DNA from: Acutalibacteraceae bacterium
GTDB lineage: Bacteria > Bacillota > Clostridia > Oscillospirales > Acutalibacteraceae
Direction of reading: 5' to 3'
Length of the DNA stretch: 64,000 bases
Assembly (NCBI GenBank): GCA_045531035.1
Contig: JAZSDF010000083.1
Coordinates: forward strand, 4,837-68,836
The notes under the pieces were generated by a model. It ran no database searches, was not told the DNA's origin, and saw only the letters and a list, made by a program, of their open reading frames with translations. A program made the translations under genes and the position numbers. This document shows, piece by piece, positions 1 through 8,788 of this stretch. The stretch's first letter is position 1. Each line of letters begins with the position of its first letter.

Positions 1-329
1 ACAATTTTATCTGTTCCATCACTATTTTTAATAATATAAAATGCGCCGATATCTCCGTTATTCATTTTCAGAAACGACAAACTCATTATATTAACGGCAT
101 TTTCCGGTTTTTCGAAAAGAACAAATCTGTCAGACCATGTTTCACCATTATCTTTTGAGACAACCGCTGAAATTCTCGCATTTTCTTCATCATTACGGGT
201 TACACCGATAAATTCGGTAAAACCGAATAAAATTGAACCGTCTGAAAGCTTTATAAAAGACCCTTCACCGTTACGCGGATTAGTGTCGGATGTTTCAAGA
301 AATAAAACATCTCTGCCAATTTTCCTCAT
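1..329 (-). CDS. BNR/Asp-box sialidase-like beta-propeller protein (5' part only; runs off the window start)
   Basis: Not in the ORF track. Manual translation from ATG 329 (GAGGT RBS) gives MRKIGRDVLFLETSDTNPRNGEGSFIKLSDG...VSKDNGETWSD, with an Asp-box SxDxGxTW. No signal peptide. Confidence 0.75.
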   Translation of the reverse strand, partial: MRKIGRDVLFLETSDTNPRNGEGSFIKLSDGSILFGFTEFIGVTRNDEENARISAVVSKDNGETWSDRFVLFEKPENAVNIMSLSFLKMNNGDIGAFYIIKNSDGTDKI

Positions 330-336
330 AATTACC

Positions 337-1797
337 TCATTCAAATTTATTCAGTGTAAGTTCTGAATCAGAAACCATAAACTGCGGATATCTGCCGTTA
401 ACACCTGCATAAAATTCTCCGTCATATGTTAAAAGCCAAATAAGAAAATCAGCATATTCCGAACCGTAATTACCCCCTACATGAGTTGCATCTTTGATAA
501 TGTATGTATATTCAGGGAAAAGTGCAGTTGAAAGATCAACAACTCTGTCAGGAGAAAGATATTTGGGATTTAATGGTACATAATCGTCTCCGAGTGTTTC
601 ACCGTATTTTGCAACCGTAGCATACCCTGACATCTGATAAGTTTCAAGTGTTCCGTCGCCGTTGAAATCGGCATTTTTATATACGGGGGCAAGAGGTGAA
701 TTATAGTGAGCAACTATGGCTACTTCCACTCCTTCATCAATCATATCATTGATCAATTCAGTTCTGCCTTTCATCATTTCCTGAAGTTTATCAGCTTTGG
801 AAATTATAACAGCGTTATCAACTGTCTTTTCTCCGAAAACAAAACTTTTTGCTGTTTCATAGTCCTCAGGCTGAACAAGACCCCAAAGAGGAAGCATATT
901 GCAGAAAACAGGTTTAAGAACTTTATCATAAATATCCAGTTTATAATTGTTAATTATGAAATCTGTTATTATTGTAATACCTTTGAAAGCACCTATTTTA
1001 TATAGCCCTTCAATCAGGAACTTAACCGCAGGTTGTTCCGAAACGAGAGAAACTAAAAATTTATAGAGGTTTTCTGTTGTTATTTCCAATCTTCCGCATA
1101 AAAGATCAGATGCAACCTGAGCACCGCAGAATGTAGATGACATAAATAAGCATCTGTTAACTTTTTCATATCCGTACTCTGTCAGATATGCAACAGTCAT
1201 AAGTCCGCCCATGCTGCAACAAACCAAATTAACTTTATCATGTCCGGTTTCCTTGATTGCGGTATTAACCAAAGTATTGATTTCATCAGCGATAACAAAA
1301 GGATCAAGTCTCCAGTCATAGTTAAGATAATATGTATGTCCGACGGGAAGCTTTTCGATACAGGTTCTTACCATGCCGAATTCTCCCCAGTCACCGTTTA
1401 GAAGTTCTTCATAGTTATCGGCACTTTCGGGATATTTTGGCAGTCCGACATTGTAAACCGATTCACCGTTTACATCCATAGACATAAACTTGAATATATC
1501 GTATGCGCAATCAAAAACAACATTAAACATATTATCAATGTTCAATGTAAACAAACCGATAAAAACAGCTTTAAATACAGCTTTGATAATTTCTGATACA
1601 TCAGCGTTAATTGCAGGGACAGAATTATCGGTTCCGTAATCAACTGTAAGACCGCCAAAATCCATACCTCTGATTAAAACAACGGGATAAGTTTCACACT
1701 CAGATACATTGTGGTTTATATCTGTTTTCGCAAATACAGGAATAACAGATAACATAATTATTGTAACAGCTAAAAATAAACTTAAAACTTTTTTCAT
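337..1797 (-). CDS. Secreted alpha/beta hydrolase, LCAT/phospholipase-like
   Basis: Start reassigned to ATG 1797 (GGAG RBS; signal peptide MKKVLSLFLA...PVFA). Motifs PVVLIRG, YDWRL, nucleophile elbow CCSMGG, GDG. Confidence 0.7.
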   Translation of the reverse strand: MKKVLSLFLAVTIIMLSVIPVFAKTDINHNVSECETYPVVLIRGMDFGGLTVDYGTDNSVPAINADVSEIIKAVFKAVFIGLFTLNIDNMFNVVFDCAYDIFKFMSMDVNGESVYNVGLPKYPESADNYEELLNGDWGEFGMVRTCIEKLPVGHTYYLNYDWRLDPFVIADEINTLVNTAIKETGHDKVNLVCCSMGGLMTVAYLTEYGYEKVNRCLFMSSTFCGAQVASDLLCGRLEITTENLYKFLVSLVSEQPAVKFLIEGLYKIGAFKGITIITDFIINNYKLDIYDKVLKPVFCNMLPLWGLVQPEDYETAKSFVFGEKTVDNAVIISKADKLQEMMKGRTELINDMIDEGVEVAIVAHYNSPLAPVYKNADFNGDGTLETYQMSGYATVAKYGETLGDDYVPLNPKYLSPDRVVDLSTALFPEYTYIIKDATHVGGNYGSEYADFLIWLLTYDGEFYAGVNGRYPQFMVSDSELTLNKFE

Positions 1798-1816
1798 TAT
1801 TATCATCTCCGTAGTA

Positions 1817-2665
1817 TCAAGCAAGAATCAAAGTTCCGTTTTTTTCTTTAATAGTAAACATAATCGGTCTTTCAAGCGGATTGTCATTAGGTGAATGAAG
1901 AATGAGATGTTTTTCATCTTTAAAATCATTAAAAATCATTCCGTGACCCCCGTCTTTATCAAAGAGAGGCTCATCATGAATCCATTTACCATCAATCTCG
2001 TCATTATCAGAATGAGCAATTGCCTGAACATATCCGCTCTGTGTAAATGTTGACCAAATCATCAGAAGTTTGCCGCATTTTGTTCGATACATAAAAGGAC
2101 CATCTGTAACAAAATTTTTCCTGGTTTTATCAGCCCAGTAAGGTTGAGATGCTTTAAACAAAACAAACGGTTCACCTATCGGTTTTGATAAATCTTCAGA
2201 AAGTTTCATTGCACATATTTCACCGTCTGTAACCTGAACCCATTCATGGCAAAAAATAATATAAGGTTCCCCTTTTTTGCTCGTGTAAAATGTACCGTCA
2301 AGAGCAAGCCATTCCTTAGGAGTGATCGCATCATCGGTAAAAGGCAAAAAAGGCCCCATCGGAGAATCGCTTCTCAAAATTTGAGTTCCTCTGTTTCTGA
2401 TATCTGATCGAAGAGAAACAAACATATAAAACTTATCTTTATAAATATGTACTTCCGGAGCCCAAACTTCTTTATTCGCCCAAAAATCATCGGTAACCGT
2501 AAAACATTCATGAGGCTCGCTCCAATACACGAGGTCGTCACTCACATAAACATCAAGACCTATCGCTGATGTCCAGGCAGTTTCTCCTCTTGTACCGTAA
2601 AGATAATATTTACCTTCATAAGGAAGAACAAAGGGATCTCTGATATTAATATCTTTAAAGGTCAT
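1817..2665 (-). CDS. Glycoside hydrolase family 43 protein
   Basis: Start ATG 2665 after GAGGAGG. Motifs IRDPFV, YYLYGT, WAPEV, LDGT, GGHG. Confidence 0.9.
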   Translation of the reverse strand: MTFKDINIRDPFVLPYEGKYYLYGTRGETAWTSAIGLDVYVSDDLVYWSEPHECFTVTDDFWANKEVWAPEVHIYKDKFYMFVSLRSDIRNRGTQILRSDSPMGPFLPFTDDAITPKEWLALDGTFYTSKKGEPYIIFCHEWVQVTDGEICAMKLSEDLSKPIGEPFVLFKASQPYWADKTRKNFVTDGPFMYRTKCGKLLMIWSTFTQSGYVQAIAHSDNDEIDGKWIHDEPLFDKDGGHGMIFNDFKDEKHLILHSPNDNPLERPIMFTIKEKNGTLILA

Positions 2666-2666
2666 A

Positions 2667-3539
2667 TTATTCCTCCTCAAATTCAACATCATAATGTCTG
2701 ACAAAAATTCCGATAACTTTATTATAATCAAGAACGTGCAATACAGCACCATCCTCGTTAATTCCGAAAGTCATTCCTTCAGCTTCAACATTATCACCGC
2801 CTACATCTCTCTGTGCAAAAATCTTAACTTCTCCTGTGTTAATATCAACGCTGAGAATGTTCTTTATATTTTCGTTATTTTCTATATCATTTGAAAGATA
2901 AAGAGTTCCGTTATAGAATTCACCGCCTTGAATTCTGTCAATTACACCAAGACCTGTCAAAGGTATTTCTTTAACAAGTTTCATCGAATTGTTAATATCA
3001 TAAGCATAAATTGTTGTGGCATTGCTCCATTTTGAAGCATATAAATAACCCGTTTCAGCATCAACAGCACACCAAGGAACACCGTCGTCATATATTTCAG
3101 CAGGAAGATTATATACTTCACCGGTTGCTTTAAGTGTTTCACAATCAAAAACAACAATACAAGGATAAATATATTCATCGCTGTCTTCAACTGCAGCATA
3201 TATTTTTCCGTTATAATAGCTTATACCGCCGATATGGTCATCTCCCCTTTTTGAACAATCCTTCGGCAAAGGATTAACTCTGCTTTTAATAATTTCCATA
3301 TCTTTAAAAGTAAACTTTGCAAGTGCAGTTAAATCAAGAGCAGCAATTGCACCGCTTGTATAATAATACTCACCGTCTGTTGTTATACCTTGCCCCATCA
3401 GCAAAGCTTTTTCAAAAACAAAAGTATTTTCAGAAATTAATTCAGCTGTTTCAGTACTGCTTGCAGCAGGGCTTGTAAGAATAGTAATTAATAAAAGAGG
3501 TAAAGTAATTAAAGACCATATTTTTCGAATAATAAACAT
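2667..3539 (-). CDS. Exported hypothetical beta-propeller protein
   Basis: Start ATG 3539 after AAGGAG. Hydrophobic N-terminus and repeated blade motifs QGITTDG, HIGGISYYNGKIY, IQGGEFYNGTLY, EAEGMTF. Confidence 0.6.
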   Translation of the reverse strand: MFIIRKIWSLITLPLLLITILTSPAASSTETAELISENTFVFEKALLMGQGITTDGEYYYTSGAIAALDLTALAKFTFKDMEIIKSRVNPLPKDCSKRGDDHIGGISYYNGKIYAAVEDSDEYIYPCIVVFDCETLKATGEVYNLPAEIYDDGVPWCAVDAETGYLYASKWSNATTIYAYDINNSMKLVKEIPLTGLGVIDRIQGGEFYNGTLYLSNDIENNENIKNILSVDINTGEVKIFAQRDVGGDNVEAEGMTFGINEDGAVLHVLDYNKVIGIFVRHYDVEFEEE

Positions 3540-3632
3540 ATTATCATCTCTCCTTTTAGAATATATTAACATATTAAAATTTAAATATCAAACTCCAAGC
3601 AAACAAATTATATCATATTTTTTTGTTTACTA

Positions 3633-3662
3633 TTTACAAATTTTAAAAAAATATGTTATAAT
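3633..3662 (+). promoter_or_regulatory. Putative sigma-A promoter of the PHP gene
   Basis: TTTACA-N18-TATAAT with extended -10 TG; AAGGAGG RBS downstream. Confidence 0.5.
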
Positions 3663-3689
3663 TAAAAAATAAAAAGGAGGTATTTTTTA

Positions 3690-5210
3690 ATGTTTAAAAA
3701 ATCAATAGCTGTTATTCTTTCTGCAATAATGCTTCTGGGTTGCTTGCCCTTTGCGTTTGCATCGGAAGAAGCATCAAGCGGTTACACAATCACCAATCCC
3801 TATCAGAATATTAACTGGGAAACTGTAAATCAATATAAAGCGGCGCTTCATACGCATACAAACGCAAGCGACGGCGACGATACACTTGTTGCATCTGTTG
3901 AACGTCATTACGAAACAGGTTTTGATATTCTTGCTATTACCGACCATGGTATTAGTGACAAAAGCTGGACTGACAGCGAAAAAAATTCAAAGCTTGTAAC
4001 AAACTTTATGTCACTTATCGGAAAAACAGACGGAAATCTTGTTATGCTTGAAGAAAAAGGCACTCTTCCCAAAGGCACAGCTTATGAAATGAAAAATATT
4101 AACGGCGACGATTATTTTGTTGCGGCTGACGGTCATAAAATTCTTCGTGTTCCTTTTGGTATTGAGAACAACGCACTTTCTGTTAACGCTCATGTTAACA
4201 GTTGGTTCGGAGAATTTGAAGATAATATGCCAAGTGGTTATCGTAACGCAATTGTTAATGTTGACAATGCAGGCGGTCTTTCAGTAATTAATCATCCCGG
4301 TGAATATACTCAGGCACGCTATGAGCTTTATCAGGAAGATGCATATGACATGAATAATCCTTCCTATAACTACTATATTAATAAGTTCTACGGTTATATT
4401 GATAAATATGATTCTTGCATTGGTATTGATATTAACAGCAAGGGTGACGGCAGAACAAGATATGACAGAAAGCTTTGGGATATAATGCTTTCAATGGCTG
4501 CCGAAAAAGGAAAAACCGTTACTGCAATTGCAACAAGCGATGCACATCAGCTTGACAAAATCGATACAGGCAGCGTTCTTATTCTTGCAAATGAAAACAC
4601 AAGTGCAAGCATAAAAAATGCACTCCTTAACGGCGAGCTCCTTCCTCAGAGCACATGTATTCATAACCGTGATGAACTTGCTCAGATAGCTGACGGACTT
4701 AGGACACATTACGGAGAAAACGAACTTTATAATACATTTGCAAACCTCGTTGTTGAATATGATAAAGAGAGAGAAGATAAAGATAAATCAGGCGATGATG
4801 GTCAGGTAGGCGTGCGTTATACCTCTCTTAATGATGAAGGATATCTTGCAACAGCAACAAGACCTTCCGTCAAATCAATAACCGTTAATGATGCTAACGA
4901 TACTATAACCATCGATTCCGAAAACGCACTTCTTATCCGTTGGATTTCTGACGGCAAACTTATCGCTACAACTAAAGCAGACGACCTTGCGTTTGATCTC
5001 AATGACTATGAAGATGTTATCAAGGGTTATGTCAGGGCGGAAATATTTGGCGAAGGCGGTATAGTATACACGGAAGGTTTCACACTTAACGCTGACAAAG
5101 CAACAGTTAACGGAAATGATTTTATTCTTGATTTAGGTTTTATGGATTTTATATTTGCTCTTGTTGACAGATATGCAAGCCTTATTGGAAGAATAATCGG
5201 CAACATTTAA
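3690..5210 (+). CDS. Secreted PHP-domain metallophosphoesterase
   Basis: Signal peptide ending in AFA. PHP motifs LHTHT, ITDH, HVN, NHP, SDAH. C-terminal amphipathic helix. Confidence 0.8.
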   Translation: MFKKSIAVILSAIMLLGCLPFAFASEEASSGYTITNPYQNINWETVNQYKAALHTHTNASDGDDTLVASVERHYETGFDILAITDHGISDKSWTDSEKNSKLVTNFMSLIGKTDGNLVMLEEKGTLPKGTAYEMKNINGDDYFVAADGHKILRVPFGIENNALSVNAHVNSWFGEFEDNMPSGYRNAIVNVDNAGGLSVINHPGEYTQARYELYQEDAYDMNNPSYNYYINKFYGYIDKYDSCIGIDINSKGDGRTRYDRKLWDIMLSMAAEKGKTVTAIATSDAHQLDKIDTGSVLILANENTSASIKNALLNGELLPQSTCIHNRDELAQIADGLRTHYGENELYNTFANLVVEYDKEREDKDKSGDDGQVGVRYTSLNDEGYLATATRPSVKSITVNDANDTITIDSENALLIRWISDGKLIATTKADDLAFDLNDYEDVIKGYVRAEIFGEGGIVYTEGFTLNADKATVNGNDFILDLGFMDFIFALVDRYASLIGRIIGNI

Positions 5211-5218
5211 TTTTTTAT

Positions 5219-5264
5219 AATAATTACCCCCGATATTCAATTAAGAATATCGGGGGTAATTATT
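5219..5264. terminator. Bidirectional intrinsic terminator
   Basis: Perfect 20-bp inverted repeat AATAATTACCCCCGATATTC-N6-GAATATCGGGGGTAATTATT between convergent genes. Confidence 0.85.
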
Positions 5265-5860
5265 TATACTGTTTTGATATCAATTCCGAGAATAACAACA
5301 TCTTCAGCAGGTTTATCCGCATAACCTGTTTTGACCGTTGCAATTGCATCAACAACATCCATGCCTTCAATAACCTGACCGAAAACAGTATGCTTGAAAT
5401 CAAGCCAGGGAGTTCCGCCGAATGATTTATAATCTTCAACACATTCTGTGGGAAAGCCTCTGTCCGACAGCTGTTCCATCTGTGAAAGAAGACCGGGGTC
5501 AACATCTTTAGCCTGAACAATGAAGAACTGGCTGCCGTTCGTGCAGGGACCGGCGTTAGCCATTGAAAGTGCGCCTCTTATATTATGAAAATCAACGTTG
5601 AACTCATCCTCGAAGTTTCTGCCCCATATACTCTCTCCGCCTCTGCCGGTTCCCGTCGGATCACCGCCTTGAATCATAAAATCGGGAATTACTCTATGAA
5701 AGATAATTCCGGTGTAATAACCGTTCTTTGCATGGGTGGTAAAGTTTTCAACAGCCTTGGGTGCGGCTTCGGGGAATAGAAGAATTTTCATATCCCCCAT
5801 TGTTGTTTTCATAATAGCGATTGTATCACCGCACTGAATTTCTCTTATCTGCTTGCTCAT
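5264..5860 (-). CDS. Cyclophilin-type peptidyl-prolyl cis-trans isomerase
   Basis: Motifs [30 protein letters not shown], [12 protein letters not shown]. Confidence 0.97.
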   Translation of the reverse strand: MSKQIREIQCGDTIAIMKTTMGDMKILLFPEAAPKAVENFTTHAKNGYYTGIIFHRVIPDFMIQGGDPTGTGRGGESIWGRNFEDEFNVDFHNIRGALSMANAGPCTNGSQFFIVQAKDVDPGLLSQMEQLSDRGFPTECVEDYKSFGGTPWLDFKHTVFGQVIEGMDVVDAIATVKTGYADKPAEDVVILGIDIKTV

Positions 5861-5865
5861 TTAAA

Positions 5866-7518
5866 TTAATTCCTTTCTTTGCCGAATGTTTTCTTTTCGG
5901 GTTCATATTTATCAGAAAGCTTCATAAAATCAACCTTAGCCATTTTGGTTCTCGGGAATGATTCGTGAATTTCAATTTTTCTCGGACAAGAAAACTTTGC
6001 GAGGTTCTTTTTGCAGAAAGTATGAATTTTATCAACAGCATCATCATGATTCATAGGTTCTTTTAAAGTCACACAAAGTTTAACGCAAGGTTTATTTTTC
6101 TGATATCCCTGAACCGCACAAGCCTCACTGACAAACGGAAGTTGAAGAACGGCATTTTCGATATCAACAGGATAAACATTATATCCGGATATTATAATCA
6201 TTCGTTTTTTTCTTCCTGTAAAATAAAGAAAACCATCAGAATCAAGATGACCGAGGTCTCCGGTAAGAATCCATCTTTCTCCTTTTGAATTAACGTAAAC
6301 TCCGTCGTTTCTGACAGAATTGTCGCCGTTATAATAGCCAATCATTGCAGTATCGCCCTTTATAACAATCTCACCTGTATGTCCTGCGGGAAGTTTATTC
6401 TTCATTTCATCCCAAATTTCAACTGTTATATCGCGAAGCGGTTTGCCGATTGACTCTTCTCTGCATGCGTCGTATCTGTTCACAGTGCAAACCGATGATA
6501 CTTCGGTTAAACCGTAACCTCTGAACAACTTGCCTTTGCCGCCGTTTTTGGCAACAGTCTTATTAAAATCTCTCACCAGTCTTTCGGGGAGAACATCTCC
6601 TCCACAGAAAACAAGTCTCAGATTCTTAAGATGAGGACCGTCAAAGTGCTTTTCTTCAAGCATCTTTTTAAACATATTAGGAACACCAAGAACAAATGTT
6701 ACATTGTGTTTTCTCATATGCTTATTCGCCGCTTCCGCATTGAATTGAATCATAGGAATGGAAGTGAATCCATGTGTAATCGGGAAATGCATTGCAACAG
6801 CAAGACCAAAGGCATGGAATGAAGGCAAAACAAGCAAAGAGTATTCACTTCCGGGCTTGTGAGGACAGTCAAGATCCTCAAGCTTAATTGCAATGTTATT
6901 AATATTATTACTTGAAAGCATAATGGTTTTGCTTTTTCCCGTGGTTCCTCCGCCATGAAGATAAACGGCAATTTTGCTGCCGTCATGACAGTCCGTGCTT
7001 TTCAATTTTGAACCCGAGGAAACGACTTTTGAATATTTGACAGAATTAGTAAATGTATCAATACCCTTACATTTTATCTTTTCGAAAACTTTTAATGCGG
7101 GAACAGCAGGAGCTATAAGATAATCTGAATTTGAACATACAATAACAGGTATATTGCATTTATTTAACGCTTGAACATACTTAGGAGCAAGAACATCTAG
7201 AATAAAAACTGCTCTAGAATTTGTAAAGCCGATTATTTCAGCAAGAGCATCGGGAGAAGTAAGCGGATGAACAATATTTGCAATAACACCGATTTTATTT
7301 AATGCGTAAAATGTTGTAAATGCATGAACGACATTAGGCAGAAATATAGTTACGACATCTCCGCTTTTAATTCCGATTGAGTTTATATAAGCCGCAATGC
7401 AATCACAGTCACGGATTATTTTTGAAAGCTTTGTTTTTGTGCCGAACGCAAGAACAGCATCATAATCGCCAGTTTTATTTGCGCAAACCTTGAGATAATC
7501 ATAGCATGTTAAATTCAT
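5866..7518 (-). CDS. AMP-binding enzyme, long-chain acyl-CoA synthetase-like
   Basis: Motifs GGTTGKSK, GYGLTE, TGDLG, GRKKRMIIISGYNVYP and C-terminal Lys (PRTKMAK). Start may be TTG 7530. Confidence 0.9.
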   Translation of the reverse strand: MNLTCYDYLKVCANKTGDYDAVLAFGTKTKLSKIIRDCDCIAAYINSIGIKSGDVVTIFLPNVVHAFTTFYALNKIGVIANIVHPLTSPDALAEIIGFTNSRAVFILDVLAPKYVQALNKCNIPVIVCSNSDYLIAPAVPALKVFEKIKCKGIDTFTNSVKYSKVVSSGSKLKSTDCHDGSKIAVYLHGGGTTGKSKTIMLSSNNINNIAIKLEDLDCPHKPGSEYSLLVLPSFHAFGLAVAMHFPITHGFTSIPMIQFNAEAANKHMRKHNVTFVLGVPNMFKKMLEEKHFDGPHLKNLRLVFCGGDVLPERLVRDFNKTVAKNGGKGKLFRGYGLTEVSSVCTVNRYDACREESIGKPLRDITVEIWDEMKNKLPAGHTGEIVIKGDTAMIGYYNGDNSVRNDGVYVNSKGERWILTGDLGHLDSDGFLYFTGRKKRMIIISGYNVYPVDIENAVLQLPFVSEACAVQGYQKNKPCVKLCVTLKEPMNHDDAVDKIHTFCKKNLAKFSCPRKIEIHESFPRTKMAKVDFMKLSDKYEPEKKTFGKERN

Positions 7519-7577
7519 AATTATTACCAATCCATTTATAAAACTTAAAAACAGCCTGAATCTCGACTATATTTTTT

Positions 7578-7606
7578 ATATTATCAACACAAGTCTGATT
7601 TGTCAA
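7578..7606 (-). promoter_or_regulatory. Putative sigma-A promoter of acyl-CoA ligase-cyclophilin unit
   Basis: TTGACA-N17-TAATAT on the minus strand. Confidence 0.55.
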
Positions 7607-7641
7607 TTTATAGACTGTTATATTAATAAAACATTAATATT

Positions 7642-8640
7642 TCAATGAATATTATTTGTTAATACTATTTTACAGTCATCAGTAAAAGTTGCAATCAATC
7701 CGTTATTATCATACGTTGCATAAACAGGAAGTTTGGCATGCATTATGAGATTCCATTTTACATTCGGATAAATCTTTCCGAGATGATTGGTTACAATTGC
7801 AATTTCAGGCTTTAGAAAATCTAGAAAATCTCTTGAAGAAGAACCGAAATATCCGTGATGACCAATTTTAAGTAAATCAACATCTCCGATTTTTTCACCA
7901 AGCAAAGGCTCAAGACCGCACGATTTTGTTATATCTGCAGCAAGGAAAGCTGACTTGTTTCCTTTAATTACCTTTATACCGATACTTGATGCATTTTCAC
8001 CTTCCCCTTTTAATTCGGAAGGTGTTACCGTGTTATAAAATTCAAGTATAAAATCACCGAATATTATTTTATCAGGAAGTTCATTTATGACCTCAATATT
8101 TCTACCTTTCAAATCATTGATTATCTGATTATAAACTTCGCCGATTTTCCATTTTTCAACTTCATAATCTTTGGCTATATCCGCTTTAAACTCTTTGAAA
8201 TATGCTTTTCCGATTTTAATTTCATTATCAATTATAACGGCATGATAACACCCTATATGATCATAATGGCAATGAGTACCGAGTATAAATTCCAAAAATA
8301 TTTCGTCTTTATCGTTTTTACATATCTTTTTAATATATTCAATTACTTCTGTTTCATATCCTTTGTATTCGGTTTTTCTTCTGGGATTATTGTTGCCCTC
8401 CCCCGCATCAATCATTGCAAACATACCGTTACTTTCGATGATTATGGCATCAGAGTTTGCTGTGTTAAGAAAATGAATTCTGTCATCACCGTGTTTATAA
8501 TTGAAAGGCTCATTAACGGGGTAATATTTTCTTGCATATTTATTTCCGATTGCAACAGTTGATATATCAAGAATAAATATAACCGCCATAAGCGGAACTA
8601 TAATCCATGTTGCAATTTTCTTTATCCTATTACTGTTCAT
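7642..8640 (-). CDS. Membrane-anchored MBL-fold metallohydrolase resembling the pneumococcal Pce phosphorylcholine esterase catalytic domain
   Basis: N-terminal TM; motifs RIHFLN, SDAIIIESNGMFAMIDAGE, THCHYDH, ENASS, AADI, GHHG. Confidence 0.75.
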   Translation of the reverse strand: MNSNRIKKIATWIIVPLMAVIFILDISTVAIGNKYARKYYPVNEPFNYKHGDDRIHFLNTANSDAIIIESNGMFAMIDAGEGNNNPRRKTEYKGYETEVIEYIKKICKNDKDEIFLEFILGTHCHYDHIGCYHAVIIDNEIKIGKAYFKEFKADIAKDYEVEKWKIGEVYNQIINDLKGRNIEVINELPDKIIFGDFILEFYNTVTPSELKGEGENASSIGIKVIKGNKSAFLAADITKSCGLEPLLGEKIGDVDLLKIGHHGYFGSSSRDFLDFLKPEIAIVTNHLGKIYPNVKWNLIMHAKLPVYATYDNNGLIATFTDDCKIVLTNNIH

Positions 8641-8788
8641 AAATCTCTCCGAAAATTTTATCCCAATTATATTAACACATTATATTTTATTTTACCATAC
8701 TAAAATAAAAAGTTTTTAAAATCTCTTGTATACTTTTAAAAATTAATGTAAAATATCATCATATGTCTGTTGAATGGAGTTTAAATTA

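Noticed and set aside
5219-5264. Long perfect inverted repeats (also 58686-58724) as MITE/REP elements
   Set aside because: Each is single-copy and lies between convergent genes with A/T tails, so they are best explained as bidirectional terminators.
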